The notes beneath the pieces were generated by a model. That model ran no database searches, was not told where the DNA came from, and was given only the letters and a program-made list of their open reading frames with translations. Shown here piece after piece: positions 27,664 to 37,090 of a DNA stretch of 43,444 nt. A program made the position numbers and the translations under genes. Origin of the DNA: Deltaproteobacteria bacterium (GTDB lineage Bacteria; Desulfobacterota; Desulfuromonadia; Desulfuromonadales; Geopsychrobacteraceae); assembly GCA_013152145.1 (NCBI GenBank), contig JAADGW010000047.1, positions 1-43,444 on the forward strand, given 5' to 3'. The first letter of the stretch is position 1, and each line of letters begins with the position of its first letter.

Positions 27664-28472
27664 CTGTTATAGACGGCCAGGACCGATTCGAGAACGGCCC
27701 CGCCCAGGGCACGGGCCTTCTCTGAGATGGTGTCACAGTAAACCCGTTCTCCCCTCGGATCGATATCACCGATCTTAAGCCCCTTCCGCACCCTGGAGCC
27801 GGGACGGATAAGGCCACGCAGAAGGCCGTCAATCGAGGCAACTACCTCGGCATCATCGACCCGACCGAGCAACTCCCCGGCACACACAGGGTCACCGATC
27901 TGCCTCTCTGTCACAAAAAGACCATCCGCCGGAGAACGCAGAACCCGCTCCTTGTCGTAGCCACCGATAACCCCGGGGACGCCGGTGTTCGCCACGGCCT
28001 TTCCAGAGTGAATTAAACGTCCGAGATCATGCCCGCGGTTGGTCTCGACCACGACATGACAGTCCTTCCCGGCCTCAAACCCGGGGCCGAGGGCGATAAC
28101 CAGGGGAGCATCGTCAATGGAGATGCCGAGGTTCCGCTTGGCGAGGGTCGCATCAATGAGGACATCAGGCCTGAGACAGGCGATACTCCTGGCCGCCGGA
28201 TCGACCCGGACGGCAATTTTTCCTCTGTCCCAAGCTTCGAGCCGCTCGGACTCTTCCGCAACCCGAACCGCCTCGATCCCCTCCACAACCTTGCCTCCCT
28301 CGCGGACAGCTTCGCAGAAAGAGACCTGCCGGCGCACCGCCAGGGGGGAGTCCGTCTCCAGCATGAGGATGCGTCGCAGATTCGAACCGAAGAGGCGGCA
28401 GGCCACGCCGGTTGCCATCTCCCCCGCCCCCTTGATTAGAATTACCCGGTTCTTCAGCTCCTTATCGACCAT
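27660..28472 (-). CDS. yqeB: Selenium-dependent molybdenum hydroxylase system protein YqeB
   Basis: KGAGEMATGVA, AVRRQVSF.EAV, ETNRGHDLG, KIGDIDPR and ISEKARALGGAVLE. Confidence 0.92.
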   Translation of the reverse strand: MVDKELKNRVILIKGAGEMATGVACRLFGSNLRRILMLETDSPLAVRRQVSFCEAVREGGKVVEGIEAVRVAEESERLEAWDRGKIAVRVDPAARSIACLRPDVLIDATLAKRNLGISIDDAPLVIALGPGFEAGKDCHVVVETNRGHDLGRLIHSGKAVANTGVPGVIGGYDKERVLRSPADGLFVTERQIGDPVCAGELLGRVDDAEVVASIDGLLRGLIRPGSRVRKGLKIGDIDPRGERVYCDTISEKARALGGAVLESVLAVYNR

Positions 28473-28473
28473 C

Positions 28474-29235
28474 TCACTCGCGTCCGTTGTAGACCGAGAG
28501 AAGTTGGCTGGCAATGCTTATGGCAATCTCCCGCGGGGAGTTGCCACCATTGTCGTGACCAACGGGACAGCGTACGTCGGAGAGATCGAGTCCCTTATCG
28601 GTCAGGTTCTTTTCAACCCGTCCCCACTTGGTCTTGCTGCCGATCATGCCGATGTAACGGGTGGGATGCGGCACCACTTCTTCGAGAACCTGCTGATCAA
28701 CCGTCCCATTATAGGTCACAATGGTCACGTAGCTCCGCTTGTCGCACCAGTTGGCGTTCTCGATAAAATCGCTCCAACGACAGTGGTGGCGAATAACTCC
28801 GGAGGGGACCCCGGAGGCATTGATCCATTCTTCACGATCATCGACCAGATGAATAACAAACGGGGTTCCCTCCAAAACCTGGCACAAACTCTGCCCCACG
28901 TGTCCGGCACCAAAAAGATAGAGGGAGGGATTACTGTTGATCACTTCCATGTACATCTCCATCGTTCCGCCACAGGCCGGGAACTCTCCATTTTGTTGCA
29001 GCGGGATCTCGGCAAACCTGGAATGGGCAGTTTCCAGACAGTCCCGGGCCTCCTCAAGGGCGTGGTACTCCGGCACCCCCCCACCGACAGTTCCATAAAA
29101 ACAACCATCGGGGAGAACGATCATCTTGGCGCCCTGCTTCCGGGGTGTCGAACCGGTCGTCTTCGTCACCGTGACCAGAACAGCCAACTGATCCTGACGG
29201 CGCAATTCGTCAAGCTTACCAATCCAGTCCCACAT
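28474..29235 (-). CDS. xdhC: XdhC/CoxI family Moco chaperone
   Basis: GSTPRK.GAKM, GTVGGG..E, CGG, FGAGHVG, YIGMIGS.TK and P.EIAISI. Confidence 0.9.
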   Translation of the reverse strand: MWDWIGKLDELRRQDQLAVLVTVTKTTGSTPRKQGAKMIVLPDGCFYGTVGGGVPEYHALEEARDCLETAHSRFAEIPLQQNGEFPACGGTMEMYMEVINSNPSLYLFGAGHVGQSLCQVLEGTPFVIHLVDDREEWINASGVPSGVIRHHCRWSDFIENANWCDKRSYVTIVTYNGTVDQQVLEEVVPHPTRYIGMIGSKTKWGRVEKNLTDKGLDLSDVRCPVGHDNGGNSPREIAISIASQLLSVYNGRE

Positions 29236-29250
29236 GCCTTTACTCCTTAA

Positions 29251-29293
29251 AAAGACTATTCGGCAGCGCGAGGCCATCCCGCCGAATAGTTAC
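29251..29293. mobile_element. MITE copy 7 (degenerate)
   Basis: GACTATTCGGC...GCCGAATAGTTAC, with a compensatory A->G / T->C change in the stem relative to the other copies. Confidence 0.7.
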
Positions 29294-29417
29294 GAAAAAA
29301 CCGACAATTCCGGCACCCATAGCTGGGTTACCAATAATAGCCGAGACTTTTCCGACTGTAAACATGACAAAGAGGAGGCAGATGACCACCTCCCCAATGC
29401 CGCGCTTCACAGTTCCA

Positions 29418-31757
29418 TCAGCCGTTGATGGCCCGGAGAATTTTCTCCGGCGTGATCGGCGCAGCGGTGAACATGATTCCCAGAGCGTGAGAGATGGCGT
29501 TGGCCGTCGCCCCCACCGGGTTGACCGGACCGGCCTCGCCGACGCTTTTCATCCCCAGGGGAGCTATCGGATCGGGCTGTTCCACCAGAATGCACGTGAT
29601 CTTCGGCATATCGACCGGACCGAACAGTTTGTAGTCGGTGAAACTGTTGTTGCGACACAGCCCCGCCTCATCATAGCAGGTCTCTTCGGTCAGGGTCATG
29701 CCGAGCGCCTGATGGGCGCCGCCTTCCAGCTGTCCTTCAACGGCCATCGGATTGATGGCCCGACCTATGTCGTGGGCAATAACCAGTTCCAGCACCTGGA
29801 CCTCGCCGGTCTCGGTATCGACCTCAACCTCGGCAAAGCAGGCGCCAAACGGCGGTGAGTTATGGCTGGGGAAGTGACTGGCATAACCCTGAATCTGCCC
29901 GGGAACCCCGTTGGTCTTGCCCGTTTGCGGGTCGGTGAAATTGTAAACGCCGGTGTGACAGATCTCCTTGACGGAGAGGCGCTTCTCCGGGTTCTTCCTG
30001 GAGAGGACCTGCTGATCCTTGATTTTCAACTCCCCTTCGGGAATCTCCAGGCGGATGGCAGCCCGCTCGATGAGTTGCCGCTTGACATCTTCGCAGGCCT
30101 TGAGAACAGCGCCGCCGCCGACATAAGTGGTCCGGCTGGCGTGGGAGCCGATATCGAAACCGGCCGCATCCATATTGACAAGGATGTGGATCTCGTCCAT
30201 CGAGATGCCGAGGCTATCGGCAGCGATCTGTTTGAGCACCGTATGTGAACCCTGGCCAAGGTCAGAACAGGACAGGGTGATCACGACAGACATATCTTCG
30301 TTCATTTTGATGGTGCAGGTGGTGTGCTCCAGCAGCATCGGCATGGCGCCGCTGGTGTGGTTCATGACCCCAACCCCAATGCCGCGCCGCTTGGTACCGC
30401 TCTGGTTGGCGTACTTGGCGCGTTTTTCTTTCCAGCCGATCGCTTCGGCTCCCCGATCCAAACATTCGTCGAGAGCGCAGGACGAATAGGGAACGCCGAT
30501 ACACCAGCCATCATCACCCTCGCCCTTGTGCCATTTTTTCCGCCATTCGACCGGATCGATTTTGAGCTTCTTGCAAACCTGATCAACGATCTGCTCCAGA
30601 GCGAAGTTGGTCTGAGGATTACCGTAACCGCGAAAGGCACCACTGGGGGCCTGGTTGGTGTAATAGGTGTCGCCCTTATAACGGAGGGCCCCGATCTTGT
30701 ACATCCCGCTCAGCCACGACCCGGTGGTAAAGGCCGTACCGGAGGCGTGGGTAAAATAGGCGCCGGCGTTGGAGGTGAAGTGGGCGTCGAGGGCAACGGG
30801 GGTACCGTCTTTCTTGACGCCCAGCTTGATCTTATACTTGCCGGGATGACGACTTTCTGAGGCGACCCAGTCCTCTTCGCGGGACGACTGAACCTTGACC
30901 GGGCGACCCGGAACGGCCATGGCCATAGCGCAGGTCTCCGGTTCGAAAACCATTCCCAGTCTGGCGCCAAAGCCGCCACCGATGGTCGTCGAGACCAGGT
31001 TGACCCGGGAGATCGACAGCTCGAAAAGACGGGCCAGCTTGGGCTGGACACACTTGGGCATCTGGGTCGAAGTCCAACAGTTCAACCGGCCGGTCTGGTC
31101 GTAATGGGCCACATAGGCATGGGCTTCCATCTGGCATTGCTTGACCTTCGGCACGTAAAAAGTCTCTTCTACAATCAGATCGGCTTTGGCCATCTCGACG
31201 TCGACGTCCCCCCAGCCGTAACTATTATCGGGGAACATCGCTTCCGGGAGCTGGAAGGCCCGGTTGCCGGGCTTTCTCTCATCGAACTGGAAGGCGTCCG
31301 GCTTCGCCGATTCTTCGGCACTCAGATAAACCGGCAGCGGCTCGTAGAGGACCTTGACTTTTTCTGCGGCCAGCTCGGCGATCTCTTCACTTTCGGCAAT
31401 AATCCCACAGATGGCATCACCTTGGTGACGGACATGCTCAGTAAAAATATGCTGGTCCTCGACATCGCCCAGCAGCTGACCTATCTCCCCGGGAACCATC
31501 AGGTCCAACACCCCGGTATTATAGGTTTTCCGGGTAACATCTTGGGGCCCCAGTACCTTGATGACGCCTGGAACCCTGGCGGCTTCGGCAAGGTCGAGCT
31601 TGAGAACTCTGGCGTGAGCGTGATCCCAACAGCGAACGATCTTCCCGTAGAGCATCCCGGGGAGCTGCAGGTCAGCGGCATAGATGGCCTGGCCGGTGGC
31701 CTTCTCCCGGGCGTCCAGTTTGGGGATGTTCTTGCCAACATAGGTCTGCTTACTCAT
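29418..31757 (-). CDS. Xanthine dehydrogenase family molybdopterin-binding (large) subunit
   Basis: QCQMEAH, GGGFGAR, AFRGYGNPQ, GQGSHT, SHASRTT and the catalytic Glu motif KSVGEAG. Confidence 0.95.
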   Translation of the reverse strand: MSKQTYVGKNIPKLDAREKATGQAIYAADLQLPGMLYGKIVRCWDHAHARVLKLDLAEAARVPGVIKVLGPQDVTRKTYNTGVLDLMVPGEIGQLLGDVEDQHIFTEHVRHQGDAICGIIAESEEIAELAAEKVKVLYEPLPVYLSAEESAKPDAFQFDERKPGNRAFQLPEAMFPDNSYGWGDVDVEMAKADLIVEETFYVPKVKQCQMEAHAYVAHYDQTGRLNCWTSTQMPKCVQPKLARLFELSISRVNLVSTTIGGGFGARLGMVFEPETCAMAMAVPGRPVKVQSSREEDWVASESRHPGKYKIKLGVKKDGTPVALDAHFTSNAGAYFTHASGTAFTTGSWLSGMYKIGALRYKGDTYYTNQAPSGAFRGYGNPQTNFALEQIVDQVCKKLKIDPVEWRKKWHKGEGDDGWCIGVPYSSCALDECLDRGAEAIGWKEKRAKYANQSGTKRRGIGVGVMNHTSGAMPMLLEHTTCTIKMNEDMSVVITLSCSDLGQGSHTVLKQIAADSLGISMDEIHILVNMDAAGFDIGSHASRTTYVGGGAVLKACEDVKRQLIERAAIRLEIPEGELKIKDQQVLSRKNPEKRLSVKEICHTGVYNFTDPQTGKTNGVPGQIQGYASHFPSHNSPPFGACFAEVEVDTETGEVQVLELVIAHDIGRAINPMAVEGQLEGGAHQALGMTLTEETCYDEAGLCRNNSFTDYKLFGPVDMPKITCILVEQPDPIAPLGMKSVGEAGPVNPVGATANAISHALGIMFTAAPITPEKILRAING

Positions 31758-32263
31758 GTTCCCAAACCTCCTGTTTTCTGGTTTTGTGAAGTGTCCAGCA
31801 TCTGACTGGCGCGCTGTACCGCCTGCACAATTTTTTCGTACCCGGTGCAGCGGCAGATGTTGCCCTCCAGACCCGTGCGGATCTCCTCTTCACTGGGGGT
31901 CGGATTGTTGGCCAGGATGCTGGCGGTCTTCATGATCATCCCCGGGGTGCAGTAGCCGCACTGGATGGCACCTTCTTCAATAAAGGCAACCTGGATCGGG
32001 TGCAGTTCGCCATTGCGGGTCATCCCGCCGACGGTGGTGATGTGTCTTCCCTCAGCTTCAACTGCCAGGGTCAGGCAGGAACAGATGCTGTCCTTGCCGT
32101 CCACCAGCACCGTGCAGCCGCCGCATTCGCCGGTACCGCAGCCGTATTTGGTCTCAGTCAGCCGAAGATCATCGCGCAGCGCCTGAAGAAGAGTCCGGTT
32201 GACCGGCGCTTCAAAACGATGATCCTTGCCATTGACGCAGAGCGTAATCATTTTGGTTTTCAT
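31754..32263 (-). CDS. Xanthine dehydrogenase family 2x[2Fe-2S] subunit
   Basis: GCGTGECGGCTV...C, QCGYCTPG and CRCTGY. Confidence 0.95.
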   Translation of the reverse strand: MKTKMITLCVNGKDHRFEAPVNRTLLQALRDDLRLTETKYGCGTGECGGCTVLVDGKDSICSCLTLAVEAEGRHITTVGGMTRNGELHPIQVAFIEEGAIQCGYCTPGMIMKTASILANNPTPSEEEIRTGLEGNICRCTGYEKIVQAVQRASQMLDTSQNQKTGGLGT

Positions 32264-32287
32264 GCGTATCTCCTTTATCTCACTCTT

Positions 32288-33172
32288 TCAAATCGCAATC
32301 CGGTGTGTCCCTGCCGCCCGTTCGATCACCCGCGTGAGGATGACCCCTGAGACCTGACGCCGGTATTCCTCCGTCGAGCGCTGATCAGCGATAGGGGCGA
32401 TCTCCTTCCGGGCCGCCGCAGCGACCTGTTGCAGCAGTTCGTCGGTGACCGGCACTCCCTCAAGCAGTTTCTCTGTCTGCTTGAGGCGGAGCGGAGTGGG
32501 ACCGACGCACCCCATGGAGATGCGTGCCGACCGACAACCGTTCTGACACATTTCGAAGCGGACGGCTACGTTGAGCTTGGCAAGATCTTCGTGAACCCGG
32601 GTCAGGCGATAAAATGCAGAACGGGTTATCGAAGTCGGTTCGGGGATCCGAAGTTCCACCGCCAGTTCATCATTTTTCCGCGCCGTAACCCCGTATGAGA
32701 TCCAGAAATCGTCAATATCAACCAACCTCTGACCGTCAGGGCCTTGCAGAACCACCTGGCCACCAAGGGCCAGGATGGCACAGGAACAGTCCCCGGCCGG
32801 CGAGGCACGCAGAACATTTCCCATCACGGTCGCCATGTTGCGAATCTGCGGGGTGGCAAAGGTCAAGGCGGATTCATACAGGGCCGGGAACTTTCCGGCA
32901 ACCTCCGGCTGTTCAAGAAGTTGGGCCACTTTGGCCCTGGCACCGATCCTCAGCCCTTCGCCAGGGATGTAATTCATGTAATCCAAATCATCGAGGGCGG
33001 AGAGCCGGAGGACATAGGTGGGCTTAACTTTGCGGATGTAGTTCCACACCAACAGATCCGTCCCACCGGCCAGAACCGACACCTGTCCCTGGTATTGAGC
33101 CAACATATCGACCGCTTCGGAAATACTTTGCGGTGTGAGAAGGGCAAACTGAGGTAATATCCGGCTGCTCAT
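32288..33172 (-). CDS. Xanthine dehydrogenase family FAD-binding subunit
   Basis: AGGTDL, QIRNMATVMGN..ASPAGD and D.RST.EYR; no 4Fe-4S insertion. Start MSSRILP. Confidence 0.93.
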   Translation of the reverse strand: MSSRILPQFALLTPQSISEAVDMLAQYQGQVSVLAGGTDLLVWNYIRKVKPTYVLRLSALDDLDYMNYIPGEGLRIGARAKVAQLLEQPEVAGKFPALYESALTFATPQIRNMATVMGNVLRASPAGDCSCAILALGGQVVLQGPDGQRLVDIDDFWISYGVTARKNDELAVELRIPEPTSITRSAFYRLTRVHEDLAKLNVAVRFEMCQNGCRSARISMGCVGPTPLRLKQTEKLLEGVPVTDELLQQVAAAARKEIAPIADQRSTEEYRRQVSGVILTRVIERAAGTHRIAI

Positions 33173-33269
33173 GGGGTTCCCTTTCTTAACGTTCAACCTA
33201 CGGTTGGAGAATTTCAGGTCGCTTTTTGATGACATTTGAAATTGAAGCCCTAAAAATAACATCAACAAA

Positions 33270-33285
33270 AGCAATTCACGTGCCG
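33270..33285 (-). promoter_or_regulatory. sigma54 -24/-12 promoter of the XDH-family operon
   Basis: Minus strand CGGCACGTGAATTGCT. Confidence 0.82.
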
Positions 33286-33386
33286 CATTAAAATCGCCGC
33301 GCCAGCATACCATTAACATTCTGGTATAAAGAAGCTTTTCCCTTATTCTTGAGTGTAATTACACCGGGCGGAAAACCGAATTTTAT

Positions 33387-33421
33387 CCCCGGAATTCTGG
33401 GGAATTCCCAAAATATGAGGA
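33387..33421. promoter_or_regulatory. Tandem upstream activator sites
   Basis: CCCCGGAATTCTGGGG (33387) and TCCCAAAATATGAGGA (33406), 19 bp apart. Confidence 0.65.
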
Positions 33422-33457
33422 GGATCGTGTCGGTCGCGACGTATTACGCATAAAACT

Positions 33458-33537
33458 GAAGCCATGTACGAGAGCCGTACGCACGGTTTTGTGAGCGGGA
33501 CGAGGTAAGCTTCGTTGCTCACCTCGTCCCGCCCGGT
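33458..33537 (+). ncRNA. Group II intron 3' remnant (domains V-VI, short class C-like DV)
   Basis: GAAGCCATGTACG-AGAGC-CGTACGCACGGTTTT (DV-like), GTGAG linker, and hairpin CGGGACGAGGT...ACCTCGTCCCG (DVI-like). No RT ORF or 5' domains nearby. Confidence 0.7.
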
Positions 33538-33565
33538 GTTCAAGTGGGTTTTATCCGGCCGTTGC

Positions 33566-34873
33566 CTATTTCCCCCGCTTGCGCAGATACTGCGGGGTGA
33601 ACATTTTGGGTGAAACCTGCTTCGGGTCATTATTGGAGTGGAACTGACCGGTCGTGCAGTGCATCGCCTGGGTGTCAATCATGGCGAAGGCGTCCCACTG
33701 GGGGATGCCCGAGCCCTTGTTGATTTTGAGATGATAGTCAGGATGTGATTCGCCGATCATCCAGGTCTTCCAGAGCTTGCCGGCGCGATCGAAAGAGACC
33801 GTGCGGCTGAAAAAGCCGGTCTGGGCATCCATGTACATGATCCGCTTGCTGATCGGGTGATTCGGATCGACCGGGGTCGCTTCGATTACATAGACCTTGC
33901 GCAGCTGCCAGGGGACCTTGGGGAAGCAGTTACCCTGACCACCGAAAGCCACATAACGGTAGCCGTCCGGCTCCTCGAACTCGGTAGAGAGTTCGGTCAG
34001 ATCGTTGTGATTATAAAAGGGGAGAAGCAGTTTTTTGGTGCCGATGTACTTCCAATTGTTATCGGCGACGCGATTATTGTACCCCTCGAAGTCCTCGATC
34101 ATCAGGTCGGAACCGAGAAAGGCGTCCGTTGTCTGACCGGAAGACAAACGTCTGACGCGGCGCTGAAAACCGAGATAGAGCCAAGCATTGTCACGCTTCC
34201 GATCATCCTCGTGACGCTGGATGAGCAACTGGGTATTCTTGATATCGAATGGTTCTTCCACGCCGATATACAGCGCCCGGAAAATGCCGGAAGGGTTGGG
34301 GGTGATATTGGGGATTGGAGCTTCGATTGTCCGATGCATGAAATTCAGTGAGTGCACCTCCAGCTTGATCTGACGTTCGAGCTTGCCGCTTTTCATATTC
34401 CGGTACTTCCAGTAGAACGGGTAGATCGTTCCACCATCCCCGGCGATCAGGGAATATTTGTTGTTCCAGGCCAGCTTCTCACCGGCCTTGGGATCATCGG
34501 TGCTCGGTTCTTCCACGAAGGGTCGGCCCGCCACAAACCCGACAAGATTTCCTTCCCCCAGTTTTGTGCTGGCGAAATTTTTGCGGGTCGCCTCGATGTA
34601 CGCTGCCGGCGGGTCGAATGAGGTCGTTTCGGTTATGGTTAACTCATACCAACCGTCCTTGATGGATTGGTACGTCCCCACGTCCAGAGAATCTTTATAC
34701 TTCTCGACATTGGATTTGTTGACCACCGTCCCCGGCTTGAATTTGACCGGATCGACCTCGAAATTCTTGTAGGGGAGCAGAGACGTATCCACATCGGCCA
34801 CTGTCACAGCATAAGCTACACCAGTCCACGCGATAAACCCTGCCACGAATAATGTACAAACTATTTTCTTCAT
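33566..34873 (-). CDS. DUF1329 periplasmic protein (LolA-like / outer-membrane sorting fold)
   Basis: Signal peptide; D.AW.Y...QRRVRRL, D..GY.G/N, R.VYVIEA.P....HP.SKR and FDRAGKLWK. Confidence 0.85.
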   Translation of the reverse strand: MKKIVCTLFVAGFIAWTGVAYAVTVADVDTSLLPYKNFEVDPVKFKPGTVVNKSNVEKYKDSLDVGTYQSIKDGWYELTITETTSFDPPAAYIEATRKNFASTKLGEGNLVGFVAGRPFVEEPSTDDPKAGEKLAWNNKYSLIAGDGGTIYPFYWKYRNMKSGKLERQIKLEVHSLNFMHRTIEAPIPNITPNPSGIFRALYIGVEEPFDIKNTQLLIQRHEDDRKRDNAWLYLGFQRRVRRLSSGQTTDAFLGSDLMIEDFEGYNNRVADNNWKYIGTKKLLLPFYNHNDLTELSTEFEEPDGYRYVAFGGQGNCFPKVPWQLRKVYVIEATPVDPNHPISKRIMYMDAQTGFFSRTVSFDRAGKLWKTWMIGESHPDYHLKINKGSGIPQWDAFAMIDTQAMHCTTGQFHSNNDPKQVSPKMFTPQYLRKRGK

Positions 34874-35029
34874 AGCTATTCTCCTCTTCATGTTAATTCT
34901 TCTGACCATTTAATATCGTCTCGCCTGACCCGGTACGCGATTCCGGCCCCAAAGGGGTTTCCCGCAGACAGGCCATCACCGTCCTGAATCGTGCCGTGAG
35001 GGCAGAGAGTCTTTAATTTTACGTGGTTT

Positions 35030-36970
35030 CTAAAAAGCATAGCGAAGGCTAACGGAAACCTGGTCTTCGTTTTTCGCCATACCAAGGGGACCGGAGCGGA
35101 ATCGACCGAGCGGTTCATATCCCATCAGGCCCACCGGCAGCGGGGTATTGGGATCGCTATGCAGCGGGGTTGCCGTAAAGGGTGGGAACTGGTTGGCAAA
35201 ACGTACATCGTTGAATTTACGGGCGCCGGTACCCAGTTTGGTGTTCCAGCGGGCGATCAGACTCAGGTTGTCAGTGACCAGCCAGCTGACGCTGGGCTCA
35301 AAAGTGGTGGCCCTGGCTTTGGTATCGTGCGCCACCAGAAGCTGCGGACTCAACCGGTCGTTTTGCCACCAGCCCTTGATCAGCAGGGTCGCCAGGTAGT
35401 TGTCTTTCCAATCCGGCATACCGATCAGTCCGAGCGGCCCATTTTTAAGTTCGTGATCGAGAAGATGCTGACCGAAAATCTGGGCAGAGAAGAAGAATGC
35501 TTTCTTGGGATTCAGAAAACGGATGAAGGTATTGCGATCCCAGCCAAAAACCCACCGGATCACGTCGGATTCGGAGTAAAGCTCGGGACGGGCGGTATTG
35601 GGAAATTCTTCTCCGGTGGTGTAGGCTGCTTCGACCCGGATAACCGACTTGATGGGGTCGACATAATAATCCAGTGAACCACCGAACAGGTTGACTCTCG
35701 GGAAATGGATATCGAAGGCCGGCAGGTAGGCACGCGGCTGTTCGGTCAGATCGCCACTCAGTGGTCCCCAAGGGTTAAGAGCAGGCACGCCACCGTGCAG
35801 AGACGGCAACTGCTGACGGGTGTACAGGTAATTCAGGGAGAAGCCGACATCCTTGTACACGCCCTCGATTTTGGCACCAAGCTGGGTATTGGACAATGTC
35901 CAGTTCGGCAGTTCTACATCCTTGATGCCGAGGGTGTGCGGCCGGAAATTTGTTGCGGTGTTCCCGAAAGCAAAGTTGCCCACCGTACCGCCATTGTCCC
36001 AGAGGTTTTTCATGCCGCGGAAGAAGGACCCGGCGTCCAGGATCTGGTTCGGCGTTCCGCCCTGGCCGAGGTTGTCCGGTCTGAATTTGTCGAAATTCCA
36101 GACAATCGAGAAATTCAGATCGTCGAAGATCTTACCGGGGCCGGTGCGTAATTCCGTTTCGAGCATCCACATCGGGATGCGGATATCTTCGAGTTCGTCA
36201 TAGATGTTGTTTCGAGAAAAATCGACCGGATTGATGATATCAAGAACCCGGAACAGGTCGGTGCGCCCCCAGATGATCTGCTGCCGGCCGAGTTTCAAAC
36301 CCAGTTCTTTGCCATCCGCTAGAGGGACGGTGGCGTCGACATAAAACTCGCGGAGCCAATCCTGACGGTCATTGAACTCGGGAAAACGTAATTCGTTGAG
36401 ATCGGCATCCATGTAACCATCAAGGCAGCCGCGCGAATCTTTGTCGCAGGGCCGCACCGGAACAGCGATGTCAAGGCCGCCGTCCGGACTGTGCAGGTAT
36501 TGGCCAAGATTCTCCAGACCCTGGTTAGGGTTTTTCGTTTTATCATAGTCACCATATGGCAAGACAATGCCATTACCAAAGGGAACCTGGGCCGGGGGGA
36601 TTGGTCCTATCGGGCTGGGTCCGCCAGCCTGCTCCATGGTGATCGATCCACCGGCGTGGTTGCCCCATTCGTCGCTGTTCAGATCATATACGCCGTCGTA
36701 AGTGGCGCGCAGTGTCGTGTTGAACTCAATCTCGGAAAAGATCCCTACGGAGCCAAGTTCCTTACTGTATTCCAGTTGCAGAGTATTTCTGACCTTCGAC
36801 AGACCTCGATCGTTCGTATACCGATTATAGGTATCGTTTTCAACGTAACCGCTGACCTTGGCCCAGACGGGAATTGAACCGATTGACATCGCAAAGATTG
36901 CCAGAAAACTTGCTAAAAGCGTGGTTTTTAACTTCAACCCCACAGGTGCCTTTCGGTGTGGAATCTGCAT
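35030..36970 (-). CDS. DUF1302 outer-membrane beta-barrel protein
   Basis: Signal peptide; LRE.Y.D, GRQQIIWG.TD.F..LD.INP.D and RIP.W; C-terminal amphipathic strand VSLRYAF. Confidence 0.85.
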   Translation of the reverse strand: MQIPHRKAPVGLKLKTTLLASFLAIFAMSIGSIPVWAKVSGYVENDTYNRYTNDRGLSKVRNTLQLEYSKELGSVGIFSEIEFNTTLRATYDGVYDLNSDEWGNHAGGSITMEQAGGPSPIGPIPPAQVPFGNGIVLPYGDYDKTKNPNQGLENLGQYLHSPDGGLDIAVPVRPCDKDSRGCLDGYMDADLNELRFPEFNDRQDWLREFYVDATVPLADGKELGLKLGRQQIIWGRTDLFRVLDIINPVDFSRNNIYDELEDIRIPMWMLETELRTGPGKIFDDLNFSIVWNFDKFRPDNLGQGGTPNQILDAGSFFRGMKNLWDNGGTVGNFAFGNTATNFRPHTLGIKDVELPNWTLSNTQLGAKIEGVYKDVGFSLNYLYTRQQLPSLHGGVPALNPWGPLSGDLTEQPRAYLPAFDIHFPRVNLFGGSLDYYVDPIKSVIRVEAAYTTGEEFPNTARPELYSESDVIRWVFGWDRNTFIRFLNPKKAFFFSAQIFGQHLLDHELKNGPLGLIGMPDWKDNYLATLLIKGWWQNDRLSPQLLVAHDTKARATTFEPSVSWLVTDNLSLIARWNTKLGTGARKFNDVRFANQFPPFTATPLHSDPNTPLPVGLMGYEPLGRFRSGPLGMAKNEDQVSVSLRYAF

Positions 36971-37090
36971 GATGTTCCTCCTTTTCATCTCTATTGAAGG
37001 GGCTATGGAAGCAACTCTCATCGCACACGATAAATTAATGGCATATTTACCCGGCCGTTATCACGCCGCCGGGAGAGACTGTTCGGCAGG

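Noticed and set aside
3363-29293. CRISPR repeats
   Set aside because: The repeats are dispersed, self-complementary, variable in length and flanked by target duplications; there is no spacer array or cas gene.
29418-33172. 4-hydroxybenzoyl-CoA reductase (HcrCAB) or aerobic CO dehydrogenase
   Set aside because: The FAD subunit lacks the Cys-rich 4Fe-4S insertion of HcrB, and the large subunit has AFRGYG rather than the CoxL AYxCSFR motif.
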